A DNA stretch of 64,000 bases from positions 107,925 to 171,924 of the forward strand of contig NMRA01000739.1 in NCBI GenBank assembly GCA_002633005.1, read 5' to 3'. This document shows positions 13,401 through 25,080 of the stretch, in pieces. This DNA is from Phoronis australis. Lineage: Eukaryota; Animalia; Phoronida. The position numbers and the translations under genes are program-made. Numbering within the stretch: the stretch's first letter is position 1; the number at the start of each line of letters is the position of its first letter. The notes under the pieces were generated by a model. It worked only from the letters and a program-made list of their open reading frames with translations, had not been told where the DNA came from and ran no database searches.

Positions 13401-14024
13401 GGTGAAATTATCTTTGATGCCTGGATCACTCGAAACAAGGCCTCCACCATCACGCCACGCCTTTCAATGACATCACTTCAACAACACAAGTCAAGTCCGT
13501 TTCAGAAATTACGTAACATTCTGCCTCGATCACGCTCTCGTACCCAGACTGCTTCTCAGCCTGGCTGTCTGGAGAAGCACCACCAAAAACGGGAATTCAT
13601 GTCCGTCAGCGACCTCCCTGGCGAGGTCACCAGGTCGCAGTCAGTGACCTCACTTCCTGTCATACTCCAGCTCAAGGCAAGCAGCTGCAGTCACATCGAT
13701 AATGTGACCTTGGTGCCAGAGGTCACGGGAATCTCACCCAAAGAGGGTCCAGTAGGGGGCGGCACCAGGCTGGTCATTAGGGGTCAGAATCTGGGACTGT
13801 CCAAGGAGGATGTAGTAGGACTCAACATATGTGGTGCTAACTGTCTGGCAAGTCTAGAGTACGAATCATCGCAGCGGCTCATCTGCACAACCAAACCATG
13901 GAATGCTACTACAGGACACGTGTTAGTTACTACTCAGTCGGGAGGACGAGGCCTGTCGGCTGTACAGTTCACGTTCACTGAGGAGAACAAACCAGCAATG
14001 AAACTGACGGAAAAAGATCGAAGG
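13401..14024 (+). CDS. Rab11-FIP-like protein, coding exon 4 (end of C2, Ser-rich linker, Sec5/EXOC2-like IPT/TIG domain)
   Basis: catag acceptor. GEIIFDAW ends the C2 domain; PEVTGISPKEGP...LVIRGQNLG...VGLNICGANCL...LVTTQSGGRGLSAVQF is an IPT domain. Donor AGG|GTACGT at 14025. Confidence 0.9.
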
Positions 14025-15022
14025 GTACGTAGAAAGGGTCTCCTGAAGGGACAAGAAACTGTTCCCAAAGGGATTTGGTGTGATTTCTCAAAATCAATGC
14101 TCAACAGTTTAGAAGATTGTGTATAGTTGATCTAAAAAAATGACGCAACCAAATTCATAGTTTCCAATTGCACTCCAGCGACAATTTGACATTGGCCAAG
14201 ATTTGACATCTGGTCAGCAAATTTTCACTTGGATGTGCCCTTCATGAGGAATCTTGCTCTCTGTTGTTTGGAATCATTATCTTTAAGGTTATGTAGGACC
14301 CTAGAAAAATGTCTAAATTTGGGTAAATTCGAAAATAATATCTCATAAATGGGTGATCAGACTCGTGGTAAAATTTATCATGACGTGGGAATAGTGTTAA
14401 TGTACAGACCTTGCAACACTAAGACTAGGCTAGACAAGGTGCATTACCCCGTGCGGTCTCTTGAGTTACCAAATGAATTTGCCGACAGCAAGATATGCTT
14501 CAGCCGAGCAGTAAGTCAAGCCTATTCGAAAACACATGCCCCAGAATGTAAATCTAGGTTAGAAAGTACTGCGCCTCCAATTATTTCCACCAGATTAGGT
14601 TCACTGTGTTGGAAACACAATGGTTATGCTAATGCATTGTCTGCAGGTGATTGGAATGAGTGGGTTGTAATTTGTAGAGGCAACTTGGAAGTCATGGTGC
14701 ACTATTCTCCAAAAGACTAGCAGGATTTGTTTTTGAAATGTTCCACATTTGCAAGACAGGTTATCAAAAATAGGGTTTGAACATGTTTTGTGGAAAAAAT
14801 GAAACGTTCCATAAAAGAAAAATGAGATATCAATTTAGAAAACTATTACAGCATAAGATATCAATAACATTGTTTTAGATGGGCAAAACGTCTGTGAAGT
14901 TAGTTCATATTGTAGCACTAATACATTGTTTATAACTTCTTAAGAGGTGCACCTCTAGAAATTGATTATTTATTGTGGTTAAGTGTTTGAAAGCATTACC
15001 CGATGCTGATGTTTGATTTCAG

Positions 15023-15125
15023 AGTCTGTTCGGCATGATCACTGGGAACGACAACAAACACGCGAAAGACAAAGCCAAGCAAGACCTGACTGAAGAGTTG
15101 TATAAACTTCGCCGGGAAAATCAGT
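15023..15125 (+). CDS. Rab11-FIP-like protein, coding exon 5 (coiled coil)
   Basis: atttcag acceptor and GTAAGT donor. Translates SLFGMITGNDNKHAKDKAKQDLTEELYKLRRENQ. Confidence 0.85.
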
Positions 15126-15490
15126 GTAAGTCTCGCATCTGAGCTAATTCTGTACCGTTATTCGCACAAAAATATTTGCTAAGAATCGTCATATTTGTAT
15201 GTTTCAAAGGCTGACTTCATTCCTTGCTTGTAACAATAAATTGACTAACAGTTGTTTTATGATGAGAGGACATAGGGTACTTGGACTGGCCGACATTTTC
15301 AGAACTTCCTCATGCATCAGATTTCGTCTTGTTATCTTTATGCATTTAATTTTTATAAAAATCGATTAATTTTAAAAATTTCAAATTAGGAGTTATAATA
15401 CTAAATAAAACGTGTCAATTGGAATCGGCATTCGTGAAAGTGACATGCCTGATTAAAGGGCCAGCAGACTGACTAGTTACATTCACAGAA

Positions 15491-15800
15491 CTACTGTAAC
15501 CCATGCATAGCTATATTGCTACTGTAACCCATGCATAGCTATATTGCTACTGTAACCCATGCATAGCTATATTGCTACTGCAACCCATGCATAGCTATAT
15601 TGCTACTGCAACCCATGCATAGCTATATTGCTACTGCAACCCATGCATAGCTATATTGCTACTGCAACCCATGCATAGCTATATTGCTACTGCAACCCAT
15701 GCATAGCTATATTGCTACTGTAACCCATTTATAGCTATATTGCTACTGTAGCCCATGCATAGCTATATTGCTACTGTAACCATGTCTATCTAATATTGCT
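15491..15800. repeat. 28-bp minisatellite, ~11 copies
   Basis: Unit CTACTG(T/C)AACCCATGCATAGCTATATTG in head-to-tail tandem with no spacers. Confidence 0.95.
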
Positions 15801-16394
15801 TTAGACACAAGAAGACTCACCCGTCATTTCCAACTTCACCAGTTCACCTTCATCATTAGTGATTTTTTAGTTCTTCCTGGACTGAGGTACAAGTTAAGTT
15901 GTCCAATTCAATTTTTTGACAATAAAAGTCTCTGAAGGTGACAGCACAGCAGTTTCCACTAAAGGTGCAATTTACCTCTTTCCTCCCAGAACAATGACTT
16001 TGTGTACGATTGAACTACAAACGTGATTATTTTGTGAGCTGAAAATAAACAATTTGCATGATTCAGTTGAGATGTTTTGCTAGTGCCTGTAGAGGTTACT
16101 AGGGTGTTAGCTTCTTAGTCGCATGTATAGTTTTCAAACTAAATTGAAGAGTGTCGAAACTCTCAGAAGACTTGATGCTCAAAGCTCTGACTAAATATCC
16201 ATTTCTGTGAGACTATTTTGAGGGTGCTACTGATGGTGCCTAGCCTCAAAGCCAAAACATTTTGGTGATGATTGCATGCTAGTCATAGCAAATGAACAAC
16301 ATGGCCACGTGGTGGCATTGATCAGGTTGTTCTATTTTGTAGACAATGTACACCCACCTTTGCTTAGTGATGAATTTTAGGAATCTTTTTCTAG

Positions 16395-16492
16395 CTTTAC
16401 GAGAAGAAAACCGTAATATGCGACTGTATGTTGACAAGTTGGTTGTCAAGGTGATGGACTCGTGCCCCCAGGTGTTGCAGTACCCCATTTGA
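16395..16492 (+). CDS. Rab11-FIP-like protein, last coding exon (FIP Rab11-binding domain)
   Basis: tttttctag acceptor. SLREENRNMRLYVDKLVVKVMDSCPQVLQYPI* matches the FIP-RBD consensus L..YID.LL.RVME..P.IL. Confidence 0.88.
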
Positions 16493-19400
16493 TAGTGGGA
16501 TTTTCGCTAAGGTGTAGTGGTATTGTTTGGAGTGAGTTTTTACTGTGCGACTGGTACTGTGCCCTTGTTTGAAGATTTGTGCCTGGAAAATCTCTATATG
16601 TTCTGAATCACGAATATTTTGTCAAATGTGCAGAAGCGAGAATGTGCCTAGACATCTGGAGGGTGATGAGGGAAGACCATCCGCATTGCAAAGTCTATCG
16701 TAGTTGATCCAACAAACTCACAAAATTTTGTTTCAAATTCTGAATTCTAATTCAATGCCAACTGTTAAGTGTGGTTACAAATTTGTCAACAGGTCATCCG
16801 TGGGCTGCATTCTCTTTAATTGAAATTTGCACCTGTTCATTTTTTGAATTGCCCTGTACATCTGCTGTTTTTATCCATCCCTTATTGTCTTGCAGAGGTC
16901 TGATTGTCACACATTAGACAAAATATTCATAAACTGTACTCTGGTACATAAGTAAGAACCTACTTTTTGATTGATATCGATTTTACTCAATTTTATATCA
17001 TCTAGTTAAGGGTTTTAGCTTCAGTCCTTGTTGGTAGTCTGTCCAAAATAAACATTAAAAAGTCTATTTGTAAAGTACTCTGTTTTAACGTATTGTTAAT
17101 ATTGTACCCCAGTTTAAGTGCCTGCAATCAAATATTTCCTGGGACATTAAGACATTTTAACAAAAAACCTTTATTTCTAATTCCATACTTGGTGATGATT
17201 ATGACTACACTTGAAAAGAACTGGCAATGTAGACTCTTAAATAGTTCTATGGACATAGCATTTCATTACTACCTGCACTCGGTGAATTTTAGCATTTCAT
17301 GTTATATAGTATTATAAGATTAGGTGATGCTTTCTTAAAAGTTTTTATCCATATTGTATGTGAGACATGGCTTTTATTTGTTATCTAGGCCAACATTAGC
17401 ACCTTTTGTCTGACTTATGTCACGCGCAGTTTGATTGTTAGAGCGTGCAGCCAATCATTTGTCTTGGGAGCCCGTCACGTGTATTGTTGCAATCATTGTT
17501 TGTTTTAGCACGTAGGAGGAGACACTTGTAGCTAGAAGAGGTCATCACGTGTTAATGAGTAACCCAGGCTGACTAATCAATGACTTCACTAACCTTAGAA
17601 AGTTCAGTAGCGAAATATTATATTTTTCTGATGAATTCAGTCAGTACTATTTAACGGCACTCTTTCAGTTTGTTTTTCAGTTGAAAACATCATGTGAAAG
17701 GAATTTGACTGCAAATGAATCTAGTTTAAAGTTATTCCCTAATGAGGCTCTTCATTGATGTAATCAAATGTTTTCAAAATAACCAGAATTGAATATGGAA
17801 TTTTCAAAATAGTTTTTTGTGGTGCACCTACAAAGTGGCCGCCACAGTTGAATGCCATTGAGCATCACTTTTCGTGAAATGTCTGTAAAGAAACCAAATA
17901 CATGCATGTTCTTAGTAATGTCTATCAATTTATGAAGCTTTTCATAAGTTTTTTAATTCATGAAAATGAAGGAAAGAGTGTGCACTTTAAGAGTCGAGCA
18001 TTCTGCCTCTGTGTTGCAACACGTGTCTCGCTAGATCTGGGTGAATTATTCATTTTTATATGTTTCTTGGTTAATGTGATGGGGTATGCGCAAATGACTA
18101 CACGCAAAGTGTTCTCTTGTGGCAATATATAATTGTCCTGATGTTTATCTGATATCAAGTCATTTAGAAATGGTATCCAATAGCAGGTTCTTGAAGGTCA
18201 CTGATGGAAAGAGATTGCAAAATATAATGGGTAGGCATGTTGTAGCCATTAAGGGAAACCCATGACAATGGGTAATTAAAGGTCATTGAGATATACTGTG
18301 ATCAGGTAATAGGGATGAAATCTCAGGTCAAAACTGAATGTCGAATCTCCAACAATGGTCAGACTGGATTTTCAGTGTGATATGCTAAAGAGGGCCGGTA
18401 AAGTAGCACCATTTTCTGATGCCCGGCAATTTTGGGACAAGAAAAAATGTTTCCAAAATTAGTTTTCCATGGTCCACAAAATGCGTAGAAGGTCCAAAAC
18501 TGTTTTTCAATGGTCCAGGAATCTCACGCATTGTCATAAATATTGGAATTCTGTCCCGCGAATTTTGGACAAGGAGAAATGTGTTAGAAACACTAAATTC
18601 GGATCAACGCAACTCTCATGCCGCCACAGTTTTCAATGGAAGATTACTGCTCTATAGGGCTTGAACCTGATTAGAATCGTTATCGCTGGCTATTTTTACC
18701 ATGACATGACGGTTACTCAATTGTTTCTCGAGTCTATCTTGTTTTTGTCTTTTGTTTTATGCTTTATCTAAGAAAAGAATCACAGAGTTCCCTAACACAA
18801 GAATGGCCGCATCAGAATTTTTGTCATTATGCTTTTGCAGGGATGGCCTAGATTTAATAATACATGTACGGTAAAATCTCAGCAATTTTGGACAAAATAA
18901 TTTTCATAAAGATCATTGTTTTGTTTTGTTTTTCAAAGCCCTCTAACATTGCTGCCAATGGCCACAGTTTCTCAAAACATTGTCTTATGGTAGATTTAGT
19001 ATAGAACTTTAAACTGTTAAAACATTTGGTTGGTGCTACCCTACTTCTTTTCGTGAAAAAGTAAACTAGAAAGTTTCAGTTGTCAGCTGTGTTGTGTACG
19101 AAATTTTGTAATCTTGGTGAATTCAGTTTAGGATCCAGTAAGTGAAGGGGTAATGGTCCGTATAAAGTGCTTGTCTTTTGAGAGCTAGTGTGATGCCTGT
19201 TATTCAGTGGAGAAATCTGGTTCTCAAAGTGCTGCACTTTATATCAGATCATTACCAGAGAAGGAATAGCAAAACTGCAGACAACAAAGCATAACTGTGG
19301 AACTAATGGAGAAATTACCCTGGGTACCATAGGGACCTAGATGTACCTCTTGGAAACTGAGGCTAAGTTGTAGCTGGGAATCAATTCCTAGGTTCAGTGT

Positions 19401-20487
19401 ACCTGTTAAAATCTCTGCTATTGTATTTGCATGTATAAAGGAGTATTTCCTATGATGTGAAAAGGTTTCTCATGATTCTCTGTGCATATAATGTCTGTGT
19501 TAGTGTTCAAATGTTTAATGAATGTAGTTTTTGAATCAGCAACAATGGAAAGTTTTGTTTTTGTTTTTTAAAGGGTACTAAACAATGTTTTGATGATTTA
19601 AACCTATCCTTGCTCTGCCACCTGCTAATCCATCATTGGTGTCAAGCTTGATTCATAAAAGGATTCAACTAAAATTCATTCACCCTGTATGTTAAGGTTC
19701 TTGGTGGCGTTTTTTCCATTTGCTGTGTACTTCGCTAAAAGTGTTGGTCTCGCTTACCTGTTAAGCAGACTTTGGAAAGAGTTTTCAAGATGTCCTCCAA
19801 ACTTTTGAAGGTTGCGGGTGAGTTAAAGAGCATTATTTTGTTTCTGAGAATTGGATATAGAAGATGTTCTTAATTTTTATTGATACGTCAAAACAGGGTT
19901 TGGTATCTTTTTAAGATTGTGTTGTATTATTTTCTTATTTGTTTTTCTAGTTTTTGGTGAAAGTTGCATTTAGCCCGAAAACAATAAACTCCCGTGTGCA
20001 GGACTACATGTAGTTCTAACTAAATAAGAAGTAGGTCTGATTTGGTGAATACTCTCAGTATTAGATAATCGTTTTAAAAATGTCTCATTTCAGAAAAAGT
20101 GATCCTGTCATTTTGTTTTGCATGAAGTTAGAAATATGTAAATCGTTCAGTGGAACGTATGTTTTGGTTAGTTGTCACAGGGCTTTACATGTATCAGGAG
20201 ATTTGATGTGCTAATGTCAAAGTGAGCCTCTGTGGTTATTTAATATTTTTCAGGATTTTAGTTGGAAACAAATTAAACTACATCCTATGAGGTTTGATTA
20301 ATGAGCTCGCTCATTCGTTGGAATTTTATTTCATTCTGTTGTTAATTTTATTCACACCAGTTAAGATTGCTGTTTGTGAAACCTTGAAGTGGTTTTAATT
20401 GTCCTTTGTTTTCCGTTTTTGTTATGTAATATATTATGCTTTTTCGCGTGGCGGCTTTGCTGTGTTTGAGCTTTTCGTTGATTTAGA

Positions 20488-20493
20488 AATAAA
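20488..20493 (+). terminator. Candidate distal polyadenylation signal of the FIP-like gene (a proximal AATAAA lies at ~17047)
   Basis: AATAAA at the end of a long T-rich, TE-poor stretch following the stop at 16492. Confidence 0.35.
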
Positions 20494-22416
20494 ATTTAAA
20501 TAAGACGGCCGTTTTTTTTTTCGTCTATAAAATGCACGATGGCCTCGCTTGATTGCCCTCGTGGGTTCGGACGCCTGCCTTGGTTAGATGCTAAGCCATC
20601 TGATTGGTTCTTGATGTCGATTTTCGGCTTATTACAGACCAATCATATTTCTTAGTCGGTTGACCCGGTGAAAGTTTCGAAGTCAATCCAGTGCTGCTGG
20701 TGTATGAGTGTATACATCATTTGCAGACGCCTAACTACGTGTTCAAATCTCCTTTAAAGGTCACTGTGAATCTGTTCTACATGTATTTAGTCGAATTTCG
20801 GATCGCTGAGAAGTGATCCTTGGGCGTAATTTAGAAGAAGTGGTAGTACGCTATTGTTTGTTTACCAAACTTGGCACACAACATCCCCTGATGACGCTTC
20901 AGCTTACGGAGCCCGTCTGGGGGCTGTTTCTGGGAGATCTGACTAGGCTAAAATCAAGGTAGAGTTCAGTTGCGCTCTCACGGTGAGAAAAATCTAGCCA
21001 GAATATCACGTGCTCTCATTTAAAGTACAATATCATCTCGCGAAATCTTGCACGTCAACGTCTTTTATTTTGAAACAGAAGTCGTCAAGTTTTCATGGAA
21101 TAATATTTTAAAAAATGGTCTGTTTTACTCATATATATGGACGCATGCTATTGATTCTGGTTACGTACAACGACTTTGCTTGTAGGCGCTCCTATACACC
21201 GACTGTGGAGTTGTCTGATTAGCGGTCTATTTTAGCGCGTAGGCCTGCGTTTACATCAGCTACCACCGTACCCCTTATAGGCAAATACTATTTTTAGGTC
21301 ATCTAACTTACTTACCTGGTGCTCCCTGAAGTGAAATTCGGATATTGTTTTTAAAAATTTTGCACGACTAGCAGTGCAGTTTTGTTTTATTCGAAAGGTA
21401 CATGTAATGCGGCTGAGAACCTGCCATCCGTCTAAAGAGACAGTTTTGCATTTAGACCACCTACCGCTGGAGAATAAATTTGGACTTATTCCTTACTTAG
21501 ATGCTTAATATTTTCTGGGTTTGCAAGAGCTAAAGGTCGTTAGTCGTTGAACAACTTATAACTCGCTGCCTGAGTTTATTCGAAACCCTTGCATCACAAT
21601 TGGAATAGCGTGATCTAACTCAAACTTGTTTCTTCTGTTGGAAAACGGGTTTATTGCCGCTTTAAACATTTCGCGAATCAACTTGGGTTTTATACATAAG
21701 GCTTAAAAGTGTATCAAATCCGGAGTTGACCTATTAACAGATATTAAAAACGGCTTTCCCATTCAATTCTCTGAAACAAAATATCCCTCGACGTGAACCC
21801 TGAAAATTTGTAAGAAAATTTGGCAACTCCTTTTAAAGTCTGCTAAATGGGCAAACGTGGCCTACGCTTTTAGAGAATTACACGCAACTGTGGGGAGACC
21901 AACCGGCAAAAACAATAATGTCCAATCTGTGTCACTGAGAACATAAGTTCATAGTTGATTTCTGCTTTTATCCTGTTTAAACATTGACGCCAATGGTGGA
22001 TTAGCAGCTAGATGGCGCAACGAAGATTGGTTGCAATCATCAAAAGAGGACTTAGTATCCTTTTAAGAAAGGACAAGCTGCTAGTCGTGGCAGCCTACTG
22101 ACTGCTTGTAATCGAATACATATTTTTCTTAATTAATATGGTTCCAGTGGTTTCCCTACACTTGGACTCGTTGGCGGCTCAATGAGCTCGTCTTCCCGGC
22201 GTCACTAGCCCACAAACCGTAATGGCATTTTGGCGTCAGATGGTCCATGATCAAAGCGGTCGAGTTCTGCCTCCTTTTCAGTAACGCTAAAAAGCAAGAC
22301 TTTGCGAGATTACGTGAGATATTGCCGTGTTATGAAAATGAGAGCACGTGGCTAGATTTAGGTCCTAGCGTTAATGAACGCACGCCTGGTCTTGGGGAAG
22401 AACTGACCGTTCATTA

Positions 22417-23129
22417 CAGTGGCGGATCTAGGATATCACAAGGGGGGGCCCAACATTTTGTCCGGCTGGAAGCATTTGCGCAAACCGAACCACGATTGTA
22501 GATGCGCATAGCTCCCAATGGGGGGAGGTCGGGANNNNNNNNNNNNNNNNNNNNNNNNNNNNNNNNNNNNNNNNNNNNNNNNNNNNNNNNNNNNNNNNNN
22601 NNNNNNNNNNNNNNNNNNNNNNNNNNNNNNNNNNNNNNNNNNNNNNNAACCTACTTCTTTTTGTAATGCTTATTACACGTTTTATATTTTGTGCCATCAA
22701 TTCTTAACAAATTTGTCGTATTTGAAATAGTCTTCAAATGCCCAAAAGACCAAATCCATTTTTCGTGTTGGCAATAATGACGGGATTGCTTTGGAAACCG
22801 TCTTAAGATAAGGTTTGACAAAGAGAGTATTGCGAGTTTCTGAGTGATTCACTAAGGCTTCCATTAAAATTCACATCTTACCAGCAGCTTCTGTTTTTTC
22901 ATCGTCACTCAGGTTCCATTTTCTTGAAAAAATGAAGTAAATTTTCTCCATTGCACAGTGGAGCAGACGACGGAAACGGAGTCGTAGTGCACAGCGCCGC
23001 TCCGGTCGCCTAGGATATCGCGGGAGATTCTATACTTAGCCATAGTTCCGTTACGAACGCGCCGTGTTCCGAATTTGACCCTTGAAATTGGATTTGAAAT
23101 TGGAGCCCCCCCCCCTAAATCCGCCTATG
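22417..23129 (+). mobile_element. hAT-like MITE family A, copy 1 (contains an assembly gap)
   Basis: Ends CAGTGGCGGATCTAG ... AAATCCGCCTATG; 5-bp TSD CATTA; interior similar to the copies at 30729 and 42648. Confidence 0.85.
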
Positions 23130-24630
23130 CATTATAGCTTGAGGTCAGGCTCTGAAAGTTTGCTTTGTCACGACTTGTCATTTTGTTCGCCGAACTTGTT
23201 CTCGGGGAATAATGAATTGCAAATATTTGCAGACTCTCACTGATCTAAGGAAAAGATTGAAATTAGCGCGCCGTGATTGTGTTCTGAACCAAAATTTAGT
23301 TTCCTCGACGGACTCGAGGAAGAAAAAAAACAGTCACCGTTCTGTTTTGGGTATACAAATCTGATTTTGTGTTCTGGCAGCATTTGACCTGTTTAGCTTT
23401 ATTCTCAGTCAGTGTTTCTTGTCCGGAGATTTTCTCGGAAATGCGGTGTGCCATTGTTATACTTACACATCCGGGTAATGTTTGGCAGTGTCAGATACAC
23501 ACAGCTAGCCCTTAATGGAAAATTCCAAGGACACCGCCTCACTGAAATGAAATACGCCTAGACGTATCATTGTCCCTATCTCCGAGTTTGTGGTTGAAAA
23601 TTTTCAGTTACTGTTTCGGTTTTCATTTTGTGCCGCAGAATTGAAACTTAATTGGGAAAAAATAGGTACGTCTTAGGATTCAGACACGAATTTCCCACAA
23701 ATATGCGCCCTAGATGTATTAAGCTTGGAAATCGTTCATTGAATACGTCGTCTGGTCTCATTCTCAGCAAGGCTATTTTGTGGAAAACTTCGGTAAGTCT
23801 TCCTACCATAAATCCCTAGCAAAATGCTCACCGTGTATTTGAAACCTTGTAGTTCGTCAAAAGATTCAGGTACAAGACCCTTTGTCGTCAAGGCTAGAGT
23901 GGCCTGTTTTATTCGAAGGTCCTAATGTGTGCAGGTGATGCAATTACCATATTAGTATTGTTTCAGGACTGGCTAAAATTATTGTTATATCGCGTGGACG
24001 AAACCTGATGATTTTTCGAACTGCTTCCCTTAGGTTAATGAATTCGACCAGAAGTAATTAGAATTGGACTGCAAGTGATGACTGACGCCACCGGGCACAG
24101 AAGACGGCAGGACTAAATTTTGAATCATCGAAACGGATGATGTCACCAATATTGTGGACGTTTTCAAATTTTGAAGCATGAAGCCTTACAACCGTAACAA
24201 CTTGCTAATCTTTCTCTCCGCAAGAGGGCGTTCTCATTAACAGCATACCGAAAGGCTTGGGACCTTCAGTTCCTTTCTCGACAACAAGAGTTCTGTTCTT
24301 ACTCACCCAGATCTAACCACTTTGAACTGATACCAATGAGCTGTTCATAAACAGAGCTCTTTTCTCAACTGCCGCAACACGACAGTATCTGACTGCATAT
24401 ACACACGTCAAAACGCTTTTACTCTCACTTCATGAAATCAAAGGCATTGTGCAGCACACAAATACTCTCGCGGATGTTTCGCCATTTAATAAGAAAGGTT
24501 CGTTTACATCAAATGGTTACATTTGAGATAGCGGGGTTCGTTTCAAGCTCGGGATTACCCGGTTAATACCAGAGCCCCCCTCCTATTATTCTGTGGTATC
24601 GCATGGCGACTCGGAAAACCAATTGATTAC

Positions 24631-25080
24631 CATGACAGCGTTTTCCCGTTCAGTGACTTTACCAGATGTAGGGGGTTCTGAGCGTGTGATAACATCTAGC
24701 TTCTTTATTATCTGCAAAGCACACAGTCAAACTCAGATTGAATTGGTGTGTTCGGAAAGAATAGATTGTCGTAACTTTGCCAGTTGGGCGATTTTGCCGG
24801 GCGATTCCGAAAAACTGAACATGATCACCATTTGACAAAGATTTCAGAAATGCTATTATATTTACGTTCAAATATGTTATAACTTAACTTTTATTTTTAA
24901 CAGCACAGCTCAGTCAGGGTAGATACGATCTTATTGGAGATTAGAGCAATTATCGAACAAAAGATAGCTGGCCCTCCCACCATAAATGCCAGAATGGAGT
25001 TAATCAGTCGTGTAAGATATTGGCTACAGGGATAAACTTGAATCGAACAAGTTGGGAGCAACGGGAAAACGCCGTAATGC
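24631..25080 (+). mobile_element. MITE family C, copy 1
   Basis: TIRs CATGACAGCGTTTTCCCGTT / AACGGGAAAACGCCGTAATG; second copy inverted at 50290-50834. Confidence 0.85.

Noticed and set aside
13467-14126. Stand-alone 219-aa ORF or EXOC2/Sec5 gene
   Set aside because: It is an internal exon (13401-14024) of the FIP-like gene, and no Sec5 helical domains follow.
15491-15800. CRISPR-like array of 28-bp repeats
   Set aside because: The repeats are contiguous with no spacers, lie in a eukaryotic intron and have no cas genes nearby; this is a minisatellite.
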